Shown: positions 20,752 through 29,915, counted from the first letter of the stretch. The stretch: 64,000 nt of DNA from Parcubacteria group bacterium LiPW_15 (GCA_007375645.1 VMER01000003.1:10008-74007); one strand, 5' to 3'. The notes: a model not told the origin generated them from the sequence alone. A program made the numbers and translations.

Positions 20752-21072
20752 ATGTCAACAAAAATGCCAAAACAGTTGATATTAATATTATGCAAAGAAT
20801 ACATAAAATATTTAAAAGATAATCCGCAGGGCTATTGGTTCAAGGCGCGACTCTACGGTTGGGGCTGGGTGCCGGCGAAATGGCAGGGGTGGCTTGTTGT
20901 GGCTATTGGCGTAGCTATTTTTATTGCCGGTATTTATGTTGGAGATACCGATGACGCACCAGGTGCAGCTCTCTTGGGTTTTCTACTAATGATTGCGCTT
21001 ATATTCACCTTTGGTTATTGGAAAGGAGAAAAACCACGCTGGCAGTGGGGATCGCCTAAAAATAAGGAATAA
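20752..21072 (+). CDS. Small Trp/Gly-rich membrane protein (WFKARLYGWGWVP...WQGW)
   Basis: Two TM helices; true start uncertain. Confidence 0.75.
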   Translation: MSTKMPKQLILILCKEYIKYLKDNPQGYWFKARLYGWGWVPAKWQGWLVVAIGVAIFIAGIYVGDTDDAPGAALLGFLLMIALIFTFGYWKGEKPRWQWGSPKNKE

Positions 21073-21153
21073 CCTGATTTGCGATAAATATATATTGACA
21101 AACGATATACAGTAGATTAGACTGGGAATATGAATAACTTAAGAGTCTCATCT

Positions 21154-21639
21154 ATGAAAAAAAGTTCAACAGTATTTCTTCAGGTAGTCGTTGTGCTCAT
21201 CGGTATCGTGGCACTAGCCATCATGATCAGATTTCCCTTGACCGAGGGGAGAGCCGCAAACTTAGACCTGTTCAGTATTTACGCCGATCCGTTCCTGGTG
21301 TATGGATATCTAGCGTCCATCTCATTTTTTGTTGCCCTGTATCAAGCATTCAAATTGCTCGGATACATTGGACAAAGCAAAGTATTCTCTCTAGACTCCG
21401 TCAAGGCTTTAAGAAATATAAAATATTGCGCAATCGTGCTGAGTGTCTTAATTGTGATAGCGGCAATATACATAAGAGTATCTTTTAATGGTAACGCGGA
21501 TGACGATCCGGCAGGTTTTATTGCTGTGTCTATTGTGACTACCTTTATTTCTATCGTAGTCGCCACTGCAGCGGCTGTGTTTGAAAGAACCTTGAAAAGT
21601 GCCGTGGATATAAAATCCGAGAACGACTTAACAGTTTAA
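21154..21639 (+). CDS. DUF2975-family membrane protein
   Basis: 4 TM, C-terminal AVDIKSENDLTV signature, followed by an XRE regulator as is typical for this family. Confidence 0.85.
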   Translation: MKKSSTVFLQVVVVLIGIVALAIMIRFPLTEGRAANLDLFSIYADPFLVYGYLASISFFVALYQAFKLLGYIGQSKVFSLDSVKALRNIKYCAIVLSVLIVIAAIYIRVSFNGNADDDPAGFIAVSIVTTFISIVVATAAAVFERTLKSAVDIKSENDLTV

Positions 21640-21644
21640 TTAAC

Positions 21645-21848
21645 ATGGCAATCATTATTAACATTGACGTCATGTTGGCAAAACGAAAAATGAGCGTCAC
21701 AGAGCTCGCCGAGAAAGTCGGTATCACGATGACCAATATTTCTGTCTTGAAAAACGAAAAAGCAAAAGCTATCCGGTTATCAACCTTGGACGCGATTTGC
21801 AAAGCCTTGGAGTGTCAACCTGGAGATATCTTGGAGTATAAAAAGTAA
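21645..21848 (+). CDS. XRE/Cro-family transcriptional regulator (YozG-like)
   Basis: IIINIDVMLAKRKMSVTELAEKVGIT...KAIRLSTLDAICKALECQPGDILEY. Confidence 0.92.
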   Translation: MAIIINIDVMLAKRKMSVTELAEKVGITMTNISVLKNEKAKAIRLSTLDAICKALECQPGDILEYKK

Positions 21849-21858
21849 TACTAGCAGA

Positions 21859-21999
21859 TTAATGCTTGGTCATTTCCATCCACCTCATCGCTTCCTCGGT
21901 AAACGGTTCTTCTCCCCGGAGCATTTTGACGGCCGCGTCCATTTCGTAGGAGTGCCAGCCGCTTAAAATAACGGTTCTAAGTTCCTGCACAGCTCGGAG
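21859..21999 (-). pseudogene. Detached C-terminal tail of the serine recombinase (46 codons, no start)
   Basis: Reads LRAVQELRTVILSGWHSYEMDAAVKMLRGEEPFTEEAMRWMEMTKH* from the GGAGC core, in the same register as W|LHMLNEVRT in the recombinase. Confidence 0.65.
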
Positions 22000-22003
22000 C
22001 AAA

Positions 22004-22039
22004 AAATAAAATACCCCCTTGTGGGGTGTTTTATTTTTT
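22004..22039 (+). terminator. Terminator immediately after the right att site (probable original tRNA terminator)
   Basis: AAAATAAAATACCCC-cttgt-GGGGTGTTTTATTTT. Confidence 0.7.
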
Positions 22040-22042
22040 CAT

Positions 22043-22171
22043 CGGGTAGGAATCGAACAGCGGAGGGGGTCGGGGAACCGCGCTCGGTTCCCCGTGGAGG
22101 AGATTATTCAGAACCGTGGGTTCTGAAAAGCGAGTGTCAGCGAGCGCGTGAGATTCCCTACCCGCGGAGCC
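22043..22171 (+). repeat. tRNA-flanking repeat, copy 1 (ends match a tRNA-Asn-like 3' end)
   Basis: Core homologous to 45956-46071. Begins with an inverted T-arm (CGGGTAGGAATCGAAC) and ends with a direct 3'-end copy (GATTCCCTACCCGCGGAGCC). Confidence 0.8.
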
Positions 22172-22254
22172 GAGCAAGAAGAAAAACACCCTAATGGGTG
22201 TTTTTCTTTGCCGCGAGGCGAACGCGGGCAGCAAAGCGGTCAAGCAAAATAATC

Positions 22255-22284
22255 TTGACAAATCATCATATTTTATGTTAGAAT
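22255..22284 (+). promoter_or_regulatory. Sigma70-type promoter
   Basis: TTGACA-18-TAGAAT with TG extension. Confidence 0.65.
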
Positions 22285-22372
22285 AGGCATGAAAAAGTGC
22301 GGCTGTCGCGCTTTGATCTGCTCTTTAAAATCGGGGTTCACCATACACCCCTAATCCGCAAGGAGGCTTAAA

Positions 22373-23329
22373 ATGGTAACGTTTACGCTCGGAGAACGCG
22401 AGGCACGCATGTCTCTCGATTCTGGTTTGGGAGACACTGCGGTGCTACGTTGGTCTCAATCTCTCATCAATCGGCCTGAGGCGGTTTCGAATGGTGAGCA
22501 TGCCATGAACTTTCTCGCGGAGAAGTGGCACTGTGAGCCGGAAGAAATCTCCAACGATCTTCCGAACGAAATCACGACGCCCGAACAGGAACTCGACTTC
22601 GTGATGTTCTATCGACACCATCCTATGGCTCTTCGGGTCAAAGGAGAGATGCCGAAACCCATCTGGGTCGACTGGATCTCCAAATCGAACAGCAACGATC
22701 ACCAGCCTTACCGGTCCTGGATCGAGCCACTCTGGCGCGACGTTCTAACCCGTGTCGAATTCGAGTGGAACTCAGCTTACCAGCACGAAGTCCTTCGTCG
22801 TATCAAGGATGGTGACGACAAGACCGGTCTCCCGATCTCTTCCGAGTGGAAGATGGTCGATAGCGATGGAAAAACCCTGATTCAAATCGCCATGCCAGGC
22901 AGCTATCTCACTGCATTTCCGGTTTTGGAAGGCGAGATGCGAGAGGGGCTGTTCCGTCCTCATCGGCTCACGGGAGAAGTCATCAAAATCACGATTCCGA
23001 ACCCCAGCGAAGCCAGTCGAGTAGTCAAGATCGTCAAAGAAGAGAGGATCAAGGCGTTCAAGAAGACCCTCGAGCCGCTCTTTCCGCCGGACTCGGATGT
23101 CGTCTGCATATACGACTACCCGGGCTCTTCGGTCGACCAGGTCTTCACCGAAGCGAAAGGCTACGATATCTTCTGGAGGCACGGAACCACTGTGCTCTTC
23201 GTGCGAATTCCAGCCTCGGGACAGGTCCGCTGCCCGGATCAATTCCGAGGGCATCTGATCGGCCAGAAAGGCGTGAAAATCAAAACGCTCGCCGAAAAGC
23301 ACGGGCATCGTTATCTGAAGGTCATCTAG
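22373..23329 (+). CDS. Hypothetical protein with C-terminal KH RNA-binding motif
   Basis: AAGGAGG SD; C-terminal GHLIGQKGVKIKTL (KH GxxG loop). Confidence 0.75.
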   Translation: MVTFTLGEREARMSLDSGLGDTAVLRWSQSLINRPEAVSNGEHAMNFLAEKWHCEPEEISNDLPNEITTPEQELDFVMFYRHHPMALRVKGEMPKPIWVDWISKSNSNDHQPYRSWIEPLWRDVLTRVEFEWNSAYQHEVLRRIKDGDDKTGLPISSEWKMVDSDGKTLIQIAMPGSYLTAFPVLEGEMREGLFRPHRLTGEVIKITIPNPSEASRVVKIVKEERIKAFKKTLEPLFPPDSDVVCIYDYPGSSVDQVFTEAKGYDIFWRHGTTVLFVRIPASGQVRCPDQFRGHLIGQKGVKIKTLAEKHGHRYLKVI

Positions 23330-23516
23330 TAGCGTTCATCACCCGAAAGGGTTCGGCGCTGAGCGAAAGCTCGGCGCCTTTTGATTTTCATATATAAATA
23401 TTGCTTTCCCTTACCGCCCCTCAAACATCCTCCGCATTCGAAGCTGAGAAACAAAAAGTTTAAGCTCGTAATGGTTTATGTTTTTCTTAAAACATAAAAA
23501 GTGATTTAATTAGCTA

Positions 23517-24107
23517 ATGGATGCCAAGAATCAGAATGTAGAAACTCCCTCAGAGCCGACAGCGGAACAAATTGAAGCATATAAAAAAGAAAAAAGAGCG
23601 GAGCTAGAAGCAACGTTTAACGAAATCATTAAATCTCCTGCCCCTTTATTTTTTCGAGGTAGCTGGGCTGGAGAATTATTGAGTGGCACTCCGTCCGAAC
23701 ACGGAGATATCGACTTGTATTTTGACGAAAAAAATCAAGATGAGTTTATTGAATTTTTAGACAATAATGGGTTTCATGCCGAACAAACTGCGGATGGAAA
23801 ATTTTCAGTGAATAAAGGAAGAGCGTTATTTGATTGCCACAAATGGAAAACGGAGGGAGATTATTACGTTCAGGAAGCCCCCTATGGAACTTTTTATTTC
23901 CCAAAAGAGGGTTTTGTAACCATAGAAAGAAACGGTAACCAAGTAAATATAATGTCACCCGAATTGATGTGGATTATGAAAAAAGGAGGCCCTGCCCTTG
24001 ATGCCTCAAGGAAGAGTAATCTCGATAAGCTTTCTGAATTTATTGATCCGGCAAAATTGCAAACAATTTCAAGTAAATTCAAGTACATTCCTCCTGCCAA
24101 GACTTAA
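23517..24107 (+). CDS. Pol-beta-superfamily nucleotidyltransferase (Lnu/ANT(2'')-like)
   Basis: RGSWAGELLSG...HGDIDL and FDCH motifs. Confidence 0.65.
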   Translation: MDAKNQNVETPSEPTAEQIEAYKKEKRAELEATFNEIIKSPAPLFFRGSWAGELLSGTPSEHGDIDLYFDEKNQDEFIEFLDNNGFHAEQTADGKFSVNKGRALFDCHKWKTEGDYYVQEAPYGTFYFPKEGFVTIERNGNQVNIMSPELMWIMKKGGPALDASRKSNLDKLSEFIDPAKLQTISSKFKYIPPAKT

Positions 24108-24135
24108 TACACACTCTGACCCTCCTCTTCCCTCT

Positions 24136-24303
24136 ATGAATAAAAGCAGAATCGCATACTCCGTTCTCGCAATATTGTTCGGGGCCTTTATGTTTGTATA
24201 TGGTGAATTTGATGATAGTCCGGGAGGACAGTTGCTTGGACTCCTGATAGCCATCATCGGTATTGTGGGCGCGGTAAAAAGTAAAAAGAAGAAATCCGAC
24301 TAG
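24136..24303 (+). CDS. Small 2-TM membrane protein
   Basis: MNKSRIAYSVLAILFG...YGEFDDSPGGQLLG; the DD(S/A)PG motif is shared with 20752-21072. Confidence 0.7.
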   Translation: MNKSRIAYSVLAILFGAFMFVYGEFDDSPGGQLLGLLIAIIGIVGAVKSKKKKSD

Positions 24304-24426
24304 CGAAATCGTGCGGTTTTCATTTTGCCCAAAGCAATAGCGGGACAACCCAGCGCAAAGTGACAAGTTTCTAGCGGAGCAAAACCCGCATTGAATCCCC
24401 TTGCCAACGGGTTTACCATTAAATAC

Positions 24427-24915
24427 ATGACCAACGAAAACAAAGAATGCTGTCCGAAATTCAACCCGGAGAAGTGGGATAATAAAACCTACACCTGGGG
24501 CAACAAGCCATTCATCAAGGAAACCATGCCGACGCTATTCCACATGCCGCTTCCTTCCATGATCAATAAGAAGGTCACTAAGCTCTACACAATGATGATG
24601 GACTCCGGCAAAGCGGAGGCGAACAGTGAAGATGCTCTCTTGCTATTCCGCGACCCCAGCGCTTTCAAATCGGAGATATATCTCTCCGTGACCGGCCAGG
24701 TTCCCGGCGCGAACAACGTGGGCCTCTCCGGCACCTTCGCGGCCAAAGTTTTCTCCGGTCCGTATCACGCGGTCCCAAAGTTCATAAAACAAATGAACGA
24801 ATACCTGGCGACCCAGGGGAAAAAGGCGACGGATTACTATATCCATTACGCCTATTGCCCCAAGTGCGCCAAAAAGTACGGCGATAACTACATGATCTTG
24901 TTCGCGCAGGTTTAG
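24427..24915 (+). CDS. Conserved hypothetical protein (GyrI-like fold?) with CC and CxxC motifs
   Basis: ECCPKFNPEKWD...VFSGPY...YAYCPKCAKKYG. Confidence 0.75.
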   Translation: MTNENKECCPKFNPEKWDNKTYTWGNKPFIKETMPTLFHMPLPSMINKKVTKLYTMMMDSGKAEANSEDALLLFRDPSAFKSEIYLSVTGQVPGANNVGLSGTFAAKVFSGPYHAVPKFIKQMNEYLATQGKKATDYYIHYAYCPKCAKKYGDNYMILFAQV

Positions 24916-25003
24916 ACCAAACGAAAATTGAGCAAAGGAATAGGCCGCAAGAGGTTCCCCGGAAAGGACTACTTTTGCGGCCGTAAACAATAAAAGTAAA
25001 CCA

Positions 25004-26095
25004 ATGGATAAAAAAATTGAAGATTTCGGATACGATGATTTTTTTGAAGCTAATCGCCGAGCCTTGGGGTTAGACGCGTTTTCGGTTGCGCGAGTTACGG
25101 CCGAACACAGAGGAGCCTACGAAGTGATAAACGAAAAAGGACAATTTATGGCCAAAATTACCGGCAAACAAATTTTCGACGCCTCAAAGAGAGAAGACTA
25201 TCCGACGGTCGGAGATTGGGTGGCGATAACCGAACTCGGTTCGAGAAAAGCGGTGGTCCAAGGAATACTCCCCCGGCGGACCGTCATCAAGAGAAAAGGC
25301 GAAGACCGAAGCAAGATCGACGGCAAGATGAAAACACAGGTCATCGGCGCCAATATCGATGTGGCTTTTGTCGTCGAATCGGTCGACCGGGATTACAATC
25401 TGAATCGGTTGGAGAGATATTTCGTACTCGCCCGGGACGGCGGGATAAAACCGGCGATAATATTGAACAAAATAGATCTGGAGTCCGAAGAGGAATTAAA
25501 TGCCAAGCTCGCCGAGATCCAAAATCGATTTCCCGATATTGATGTTATCCCGACCAGCATTACGAACGATCGGGGCCTGGATAAACTTGAAAGTTATATT
25601 TCAAGCGGTTTAACCTACTGCTTTCTGGGTTCTTCCGGAGTCGGAAAATCATCCCTGATCAATAAACTCCTCGGCAAAGACCTTATAAAAACCGAGGGTA
25701 TCAGCGCATATTCCGGCAGAGGAAAACACATGACCACCGGCCGGGAAATGTATTTTCTCGAAAGTGGCGGCATAGTGATAGACAATCCCGGAATGCGTGA
25801 AGTAGGGATGACCAACGCGAACTCTGGTTTGAGCGACACCTTCAATGAGATAGTTTCACTGGCCCAAAGTTGCAGATACGCGGATTGCACGCATATCCAC
25901 GAGCCAGGCTGCGAGGTTTTATCCGCGCTACGTTCCGGAAAATTGGACGGGGATAAATACAATAATTACATCGGTTTAAAAAAAGAAGCCGAGTACTACG
26001 AACTATCTCAGCTGGAGAAGAGGGAGAAAGACAAAAAATTCGGAAAGTTTGTGAGCAAGGCACTGAAGGAATTGGGGAAATACCGCCCAAAATAG
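25004..26095 (+). CDS. rsgA: Ribosome small subunit-dependent GTPase A
   Basis: Circularly permuted GTPase: NKID, GSSGVGKS, GKHMTT, DNPG, C-terminal CRYADCTHIHEPGC. Confidence 0.93.
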   Translation: MDKKIEDFGYDDFFEANRRALGLDAFSVARVTAEHRGAYEVINEKGQFMAKITGKQIFDASKREDYPTVGDWVAITELGSRKAVVQGILPRRTVIKRKGEDRSKIDGKMKTQVIGANIDVAFVVESVDRDYNLNRLERYFVLARDGGIKPAIILNKIDLESEEELNAKLAEIQNRFPDIDVIPTSITNDRGLDKLESYISSGLTYCFLGSSGVGKSSLINKLLGKDLIKTEGISAYSGRGKHMTTGREMYFLESGGIVIDNPGMREVGMTNANSGLSDTFNEIVSLAQSCRYADCTHIHEPGCEVLSALRSGKLDGDKYNNYIGLKKEAEYYELSQLEKREKDKKFGKFVSKALKELGKYRPK

Positions 26096-26182
26096 CGCGG
26101 GTCTTAAACCTGACCCCACCCTTGACATCGATGTTAGATACTTCTAACATTGGAAATGTCGAAGAAAAACCAATAATTTGGC

Positions 26183-26737
26183 ATGACAGAAAAACACCTC
26201 CGTTTTGTAAGAGTGCTGGTCGCGGCGATACTAGCCGTCGTAGTAAGCCAGGCCTTGATCCAGAACAACTTTATCCTGGGCGCCATATCCGTCGTTATCG
26301 CGAGCCTCATACTTTTTATCCTGCGCAAACAGGTTAAAGAAGTTGTGGTCGATGAACGCGACTATAAGATCGCCGGGGACACCGCGCGCTGGACACTTTC
26401 GATCTTTGCGATAGGCGGATGGCTTTTCTCCTTTGCTCTCATAACGATGCGCGAGGTCAAGCCCGGCTACGAAATCGCCGGCTTCACGCTTTCTTATGCC
26501 ATCTGCGCCCTGCTTCTCATCAATATGGTCGTCGGGTTGTTCTTTCGCCGGATGGATGACACTTTCCCCAAGCGAAAGAGAGTCGCTTACTTTGTTTTTG
26601 CGTTTCTTATTGCGCTTCTCCTTGTTGTTGCCGGTACTCGCCTCCTCTCCGGCGAAGACGATTGGATCTGCAGGGACGGAAAATGGATAGAACACGGAAA
26701 CCCTTCCGCGGCGATGCCAACCGAACCCTGCCCCTAA
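26183..26737 (+). CDS. DUF2178-like membrane protein with C-terminal EDDWIC..G.W..HG.P motif
   Basis: VVVDERDYKIAG signature; paired with a downstream XRE gene. Confidence 0.75.
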   Translation: MTEKHLRFVRVLVAAILAVVVSQALIQNNFILGAISVVIASLILFILRKQVKEVVVDERDYKIAGDTARWTLSIFAIGGWLFSFALITMREVKPGYEIAGFTLSYAICALLLINMVVGLFFRRMDDTFPKRKRVAYFVFAFLIALLLVVAGTRLLSGEDDWICRDGKWIEHGNPSAAMPTEPCP

Positions 26738-26743
26738 AGACCC

Positions 26744-26938
26744 ATGATAAAAAACCGCGTCAAAGAATTCCGCATCAAATACAATCTGACCCAAGAGGAA
26801 CTCGCGAAGCGCGTTGGCGTGCGCCGGGAAACCATCGTTTTCCTGGAGCAGGGCAAATATAATCCCTCGCTCATGCTGGCTTTGGGCCTCGCAAAGGAGC
26901 TCAAAACATCCGTAGATAAGCTATTTTCACTGGCCTAA
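26744..26938 (+). CDS. XRE-family transcriptional regulator
   Basis: [27 protein letters not shown]. Confidence 0.92.
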   Translation: MIKNRVKEFRIKYNLTQEELAKRVGVRRETIVFLEQGKYNPSLMLALGLAKELKTSVDKLFSLA

Positions 26939-26986
26939 AAAACCCGGGGCAGGCGCCGATCGGGGTGTTTTTAGTACAATTAAGGT

Positions 26987-27271
26987 ATGAATAGAAAAGC
27001 TATCACTTTGCTTGCGATAGCAGTCGTCATTTTGACGGCAATTATTATCGCGATTCTTTGGCGGCCGCCTGGCGCGGGAAAAAGAGATCTAGCGCTTGAG
27101 CTCCGGGAATGCCTTCCCAAAAGCGATACCACGAGTCGCGACAGATGCCTAGAACTCCTGAAGCTCATCACCAATTATGACGAATGCGTCGCGGCCGGCT
27201 TCTCCATTATGAAGTCCAACCCGCCCCAATGCGCCACGCCGGACGGAAGAAACTTCACCGAAAATAAATAA
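26987..27271 (+). CDS. Small membrane-anchored Cys-motif protein
   Basis: ITNYDECVAAGFSIMKSNPPQCATPDGRNF motif. Confidence 0.75.
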   Translation: MNRKAITLLAIAVVILTAIIIAILWRPPGAGKRDLALELRECLPKSDTTSRDRCLELLKLITNYDECVAAGFSIMKSNPPQCATPDGRNFTENK

Positions 27272-27276
27272 TCACC

Positions 27277-27597
27277 ATGAATAAAATTCTTTATTGGCTG
27301 CCGAGAGCGTTAGGTATCGGATTCGTTCTTTTTATATCCGTATTTTCGCTGGACGTATTTTCCGAATACAGCGGATGGGCAATCGTTCTTCCGCTCGTTA
27401 TGCACCTCCTGCCGTCCCTTCTTTTGCTTGGGGTGGTCATCATCGCCTGGAAAAACGAGATCTTGGGAGGGATAATGTTTCTTGCGGCCGGGCTTCTCCT
27501 GTTCGCCCTCTCCGATTTTGAATCGGTGATAATATCAGTTCCGGCCATCGTGATCGGCGCGCTCTTCCTAGGTAGAAAATATCTTGAAAGAAATTGA
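27277..27597 (+). CDS. 4-TM membrane protein
   Basis: WLPRALGI...FSLDVF...MHLLP hydrophobic ORF. Confidence 0.75.
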   Translation: MNKILYWLPRALGIGFVLFISVFSLDVFSEYSGWAIVLPLVMHLLPSLLLLGVVIIAWKNEILGGIMFLAAGLLLFALSDFESVIISVPAIVIGALFLGRKYLERN

Positions 27598-27658
27598 GGG
27601 CGACCGAAAACCAAAAGGTGATATGATTATTAAAAGTCCGTAAAACCACAAAAAATAA

Positions 27659-28057
27659 ATGAAAGGATTCAGCGCAAACATCGAAAAAGATACTCTGGAG
27701 AACAGCAATTTCCGAAAGGTGCTGTATACGGCGAAGCACAGCCAGCTTGTAGTAATGAGCCTCAAGCCAAAAGAAGAAATCGGCATGGAGGTGCATCCCG
27801 ATAACGACCAGTTCTTGCGCTTTGAAAAAGGAACGGGCAAGGTAATAATCGACGGCAACGAATATAGCGTCACAGACGGCTCGGCCGTCATTGTGCCCTC
27901 GGGAGCGGAACATAATGTCATAAACCTTTCTGAAACCGAAGAAATGAAACTTTATACCGTCTACTCCCCCGCCCACCACAAAGATGGCACGATACATGCA
28001 ACCAAGCAGGATGCGATAGCACACGAGGAAGAATTCGACGGCCAGACTACGGAATAA
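27659..28057 (+). CDS. Cupin-domain protein
   Basis: EIGMEVH...DQFLRFEKG...VPSGAEHNVIN. Confidence 0.9.
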   Translation: MKGFSANIEKDTLENSNFRKVLYTAKHSQLVVMSLKPKEEIGMEVHPDNDQFLRFEKGTGKVIIDGNEYSVTDGSAVIVPSGAEHNVINLSETEEMKLYTVYSPAHHKDGTIHATKQDAIAHEEEFDGQTTE

Positions 28058-28135
28058 ATCGAAGCTACCGGAAACAAAAATACCCGTACAGGGTATTTTT
28101 GTTTTATCCATGATGATATGCTTTAAAAAAGAACC

Positions 28136-28615
28136 ATGAAGGACGTATATCACCTAATTTATAAAATAGGCATCGCGCTCAAAGCCGTTATCGGCGTAAT
28201 CGAGGTCGTTGCCGGCACAGCGTTTTTATTTATGAGCCATGCCGCGATTTACTCTTTAATTAATGCTGTTTTTGAAGGGAAGCTCGGAGAAAACTCCAGG
28301 GATTGGTTTTGGCAGATAGCCGCCGCGGGCTTAAATGACCTCTCGACCTCCGGGGAGGGAGTTTGGGCTTTTGTTTTCCTTTCGCACGGGATAATAAAAC
28401 TGCTTTTAATAGGCGGCCTTTGGAAAGAAAGGCTCTGGTCCTACCCCACCTCGGCATTCGTCTTCACCCTATTCATTTTCTATCAAACGTATCAATTGGC
28501 CTCCTTTTGGTCTTTCGCGCTTTTCGCTATCACAGCTCTCGACGTAGCGATAGTAGCCTTGGTTCTCTATGAATATTCGATAAAGAAAAAAGAGCTGGAG
28601 GTTCTAACTATTTAG
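28136..28615 (+). CDS. DUF2127-family membrane protein
   Basis: LKAVIGVIE...FLSHGIIKLLLIGGLWK..LWSYP. Confidence 0.8.
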   Translation: MKDVYHLIYKIGIALKAVIGVIEVVAGTAFLFMSHAAIYSLINAVFEGKLGENSRDWFWQIAAAGLNDLSTSGEGVWAFVFLSHGIIKLLLIGGLWKERLWSYPTSAFVFTLFIFYQTYQLASFWSFALFAITALDVAIVALVLYEYSIKKKELEVLTI

Positions 28616-28693
28616 GAATAGAAAAAGCGGGCCCCATGGGCTCGCTTTGCGCTTGCTCCTTTGCGCCTTAGTGAACGCGATGGTCATCTCTCG

Positions 28694-28975
28694 TCAGCAC
28701 CGGAGGCAGAAATTCGGGACGCCGATCGTCACGCCGATCGCCTCAAGCGCCATCTGTATCTCGAAGGGGATGTTCTTTCGCTCGGTTGGGGCAAGCGGAA
28801 CGGCAGTGTTGGGAATTGATGGCCCCGAAACGATCCTATAGCGATTGGCCCGGAGCCCGGTATCTATCACAAGAACACAATCGAGAGACGTGACCACTCC
28901 ATAGGATTTGGCCCTCGGGGCGAGGGAGTCCTCATAAACGAAAAGGTCTCCGATATTCCAAAGAATCTCCGGCAT
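28694..28975 (-). CDS. Hypothetical protein
   Basis: AAGGAGG SD, upstream TATAAT, downstream terminator. Confidence 0.6.
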   Translation of the reverse strand: MPEILWNIGDLFVYEDSLAPRAKSYGVVTSLDCVLVIDTGLRANRYRIVSGPSIPNTAVPLAPTERKNIPFEIQMALEAIGVTIGVPNFCLRC

Positions 28976-29056
28976 GGTTATCCTCCTTGGCCGATTTTTG
29001 CTGACCGCATTATACAGTTTTTAGAAACAAAAATCAAGCCCTCCTTCTTTTTCGCA

Positions 29057-29401
29057 TTATTTTTCCCCTTCAAGAATTTTACGCAAGATATTCACCTCAA
29101 CCTCTTCCTCTTCTTCTTCGGGGAGCGGATTTTTCGGCGCAGGGCCAATTTCTTTTTTATGCTCGTCCAAATACTTCAAAATATCGTCGCCCATGAGTTC
29201 TTCGGCTAATTTCATTTCTTCCTCCGAAAGCTTCTTGCCGGCCTTAAGCTTTCCTTCCAGATCAAGTTTTAATATAAGCCTGGTCTCCGGATCCATATCT
29301 TCCACCCTTTCTGCCTCTTCCAACGCTTCTTCCCCCACTTCTTCTCCGACTATCGGCTCGCTGGCGTTGTCCTCGTCGTTGTTTAATATAATGTCATCCA
29401 T
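29057..29401 (-). CDS. Acidic hypothetical protein
   Basis: 114-aa Glu-rich ORF. Confidence 0.7.
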   Translation of the reverse strand: MDDIILNNDEDNASEPIVGEEVGEEALEEAERVEDMDPETRLILKLDLEGKLKAGKKLSEEEMKLAEELMGDDILKYLDEHKKEIGPAPKNPLPEEEEEEVEVNILRKILEGEK

Positions 29402-29441
29402 GGGTTAATTATGGCACAGCTCAAAAAGATGTTGAAGCCGG

Positions 29442-29861
29442 TTATTTCGTGACGATGAGCAATGCTCCACCGACCATCAAAACTACGCCGGCGGCCACGG
29501 TCCAGGAAAGTTTTTCGCCCAAAAATATTGCGGCCAAGATTATGGCAAAGACCAAACTCAACCTGTCCAAGGACACAACCCCGGCAACCGGTCCATTCTT
29601 CAGGGCATAGAAATAAAAGAGCCAGGACAGCGCTCCGGCAATCGCAGAAAGAGCGATATAAAATATGGCGCGGGAATCGATGGATGAAAGCTGCGGAACC
29701 TTTCCTAAAAGCAGGGTTGTGAGAACCAAAAAGACCGCCATGATTACCGCCCGAACCGTAGTGGCCAGGGTAGAGTCAATGTGCGCTATTCCCACCTTGC
29801 CCAAAATTGCGACCAATGCGGCACAGGTCGCGGAAAGGAGTCCATAAAGCACCCAATTCAT
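29442..29861 (-). CDS. EamA/DMT-family transporter (single domain)
   Basis: LGKVG...DSTLATTVR...SWLFYFYALKNG...VVSLDRLS...LGEKL. Confidence 0.9.
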   Translation of the reverse strand: MNWVLYGLLSATCAALVAILGKVGIAHIDSTLATTVRAVIMAVFLVLTTLLLGKVPQLSSIDSRAIFYIALSAIAGALSWLFYFYALKNGPVAGVVSLDRLSLVFAIILAAIFLGEKLSWTVAAGVVLMVGGALLIVTK

Positions 29862-29915
29862 AGCTTAAGTATAACAAGGTAGGCAGAGTTTTGATAAATC
29901 TGGTAAAATACGAAT

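Larger units (their letters stand above)
6449..22000. mobile_element. Integrative element B (~15.5 kb): serine recombinase, replication-like module, type III R-M, Avs-like pair
   Basis: GGAGC cores at 6449-6453 and 21996-22000, each 22 bp after GTTCTAA. Recombinase at one end and an in-frame, start-less recombinase tail at the other. Confidence 0.75.

Noticed and set aside
6449-22000. Intact prophage or conjugative ICE
   Set aside because: No capsid, terminase, tail, relaxase or VirB4-like genes recognisable.
24361-24385. GCGGAGCA as a third att junction
   Set aside because: Lacks GTTC at the 18-nt spacing and there is no associated recombinase tail.
20752-28615. Integron cassette array (many small same-strand genes)
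   Set aside because: No recurring attC (RYYYAAC...GTTRRRY) pattern and no tyrosine integrase seen.
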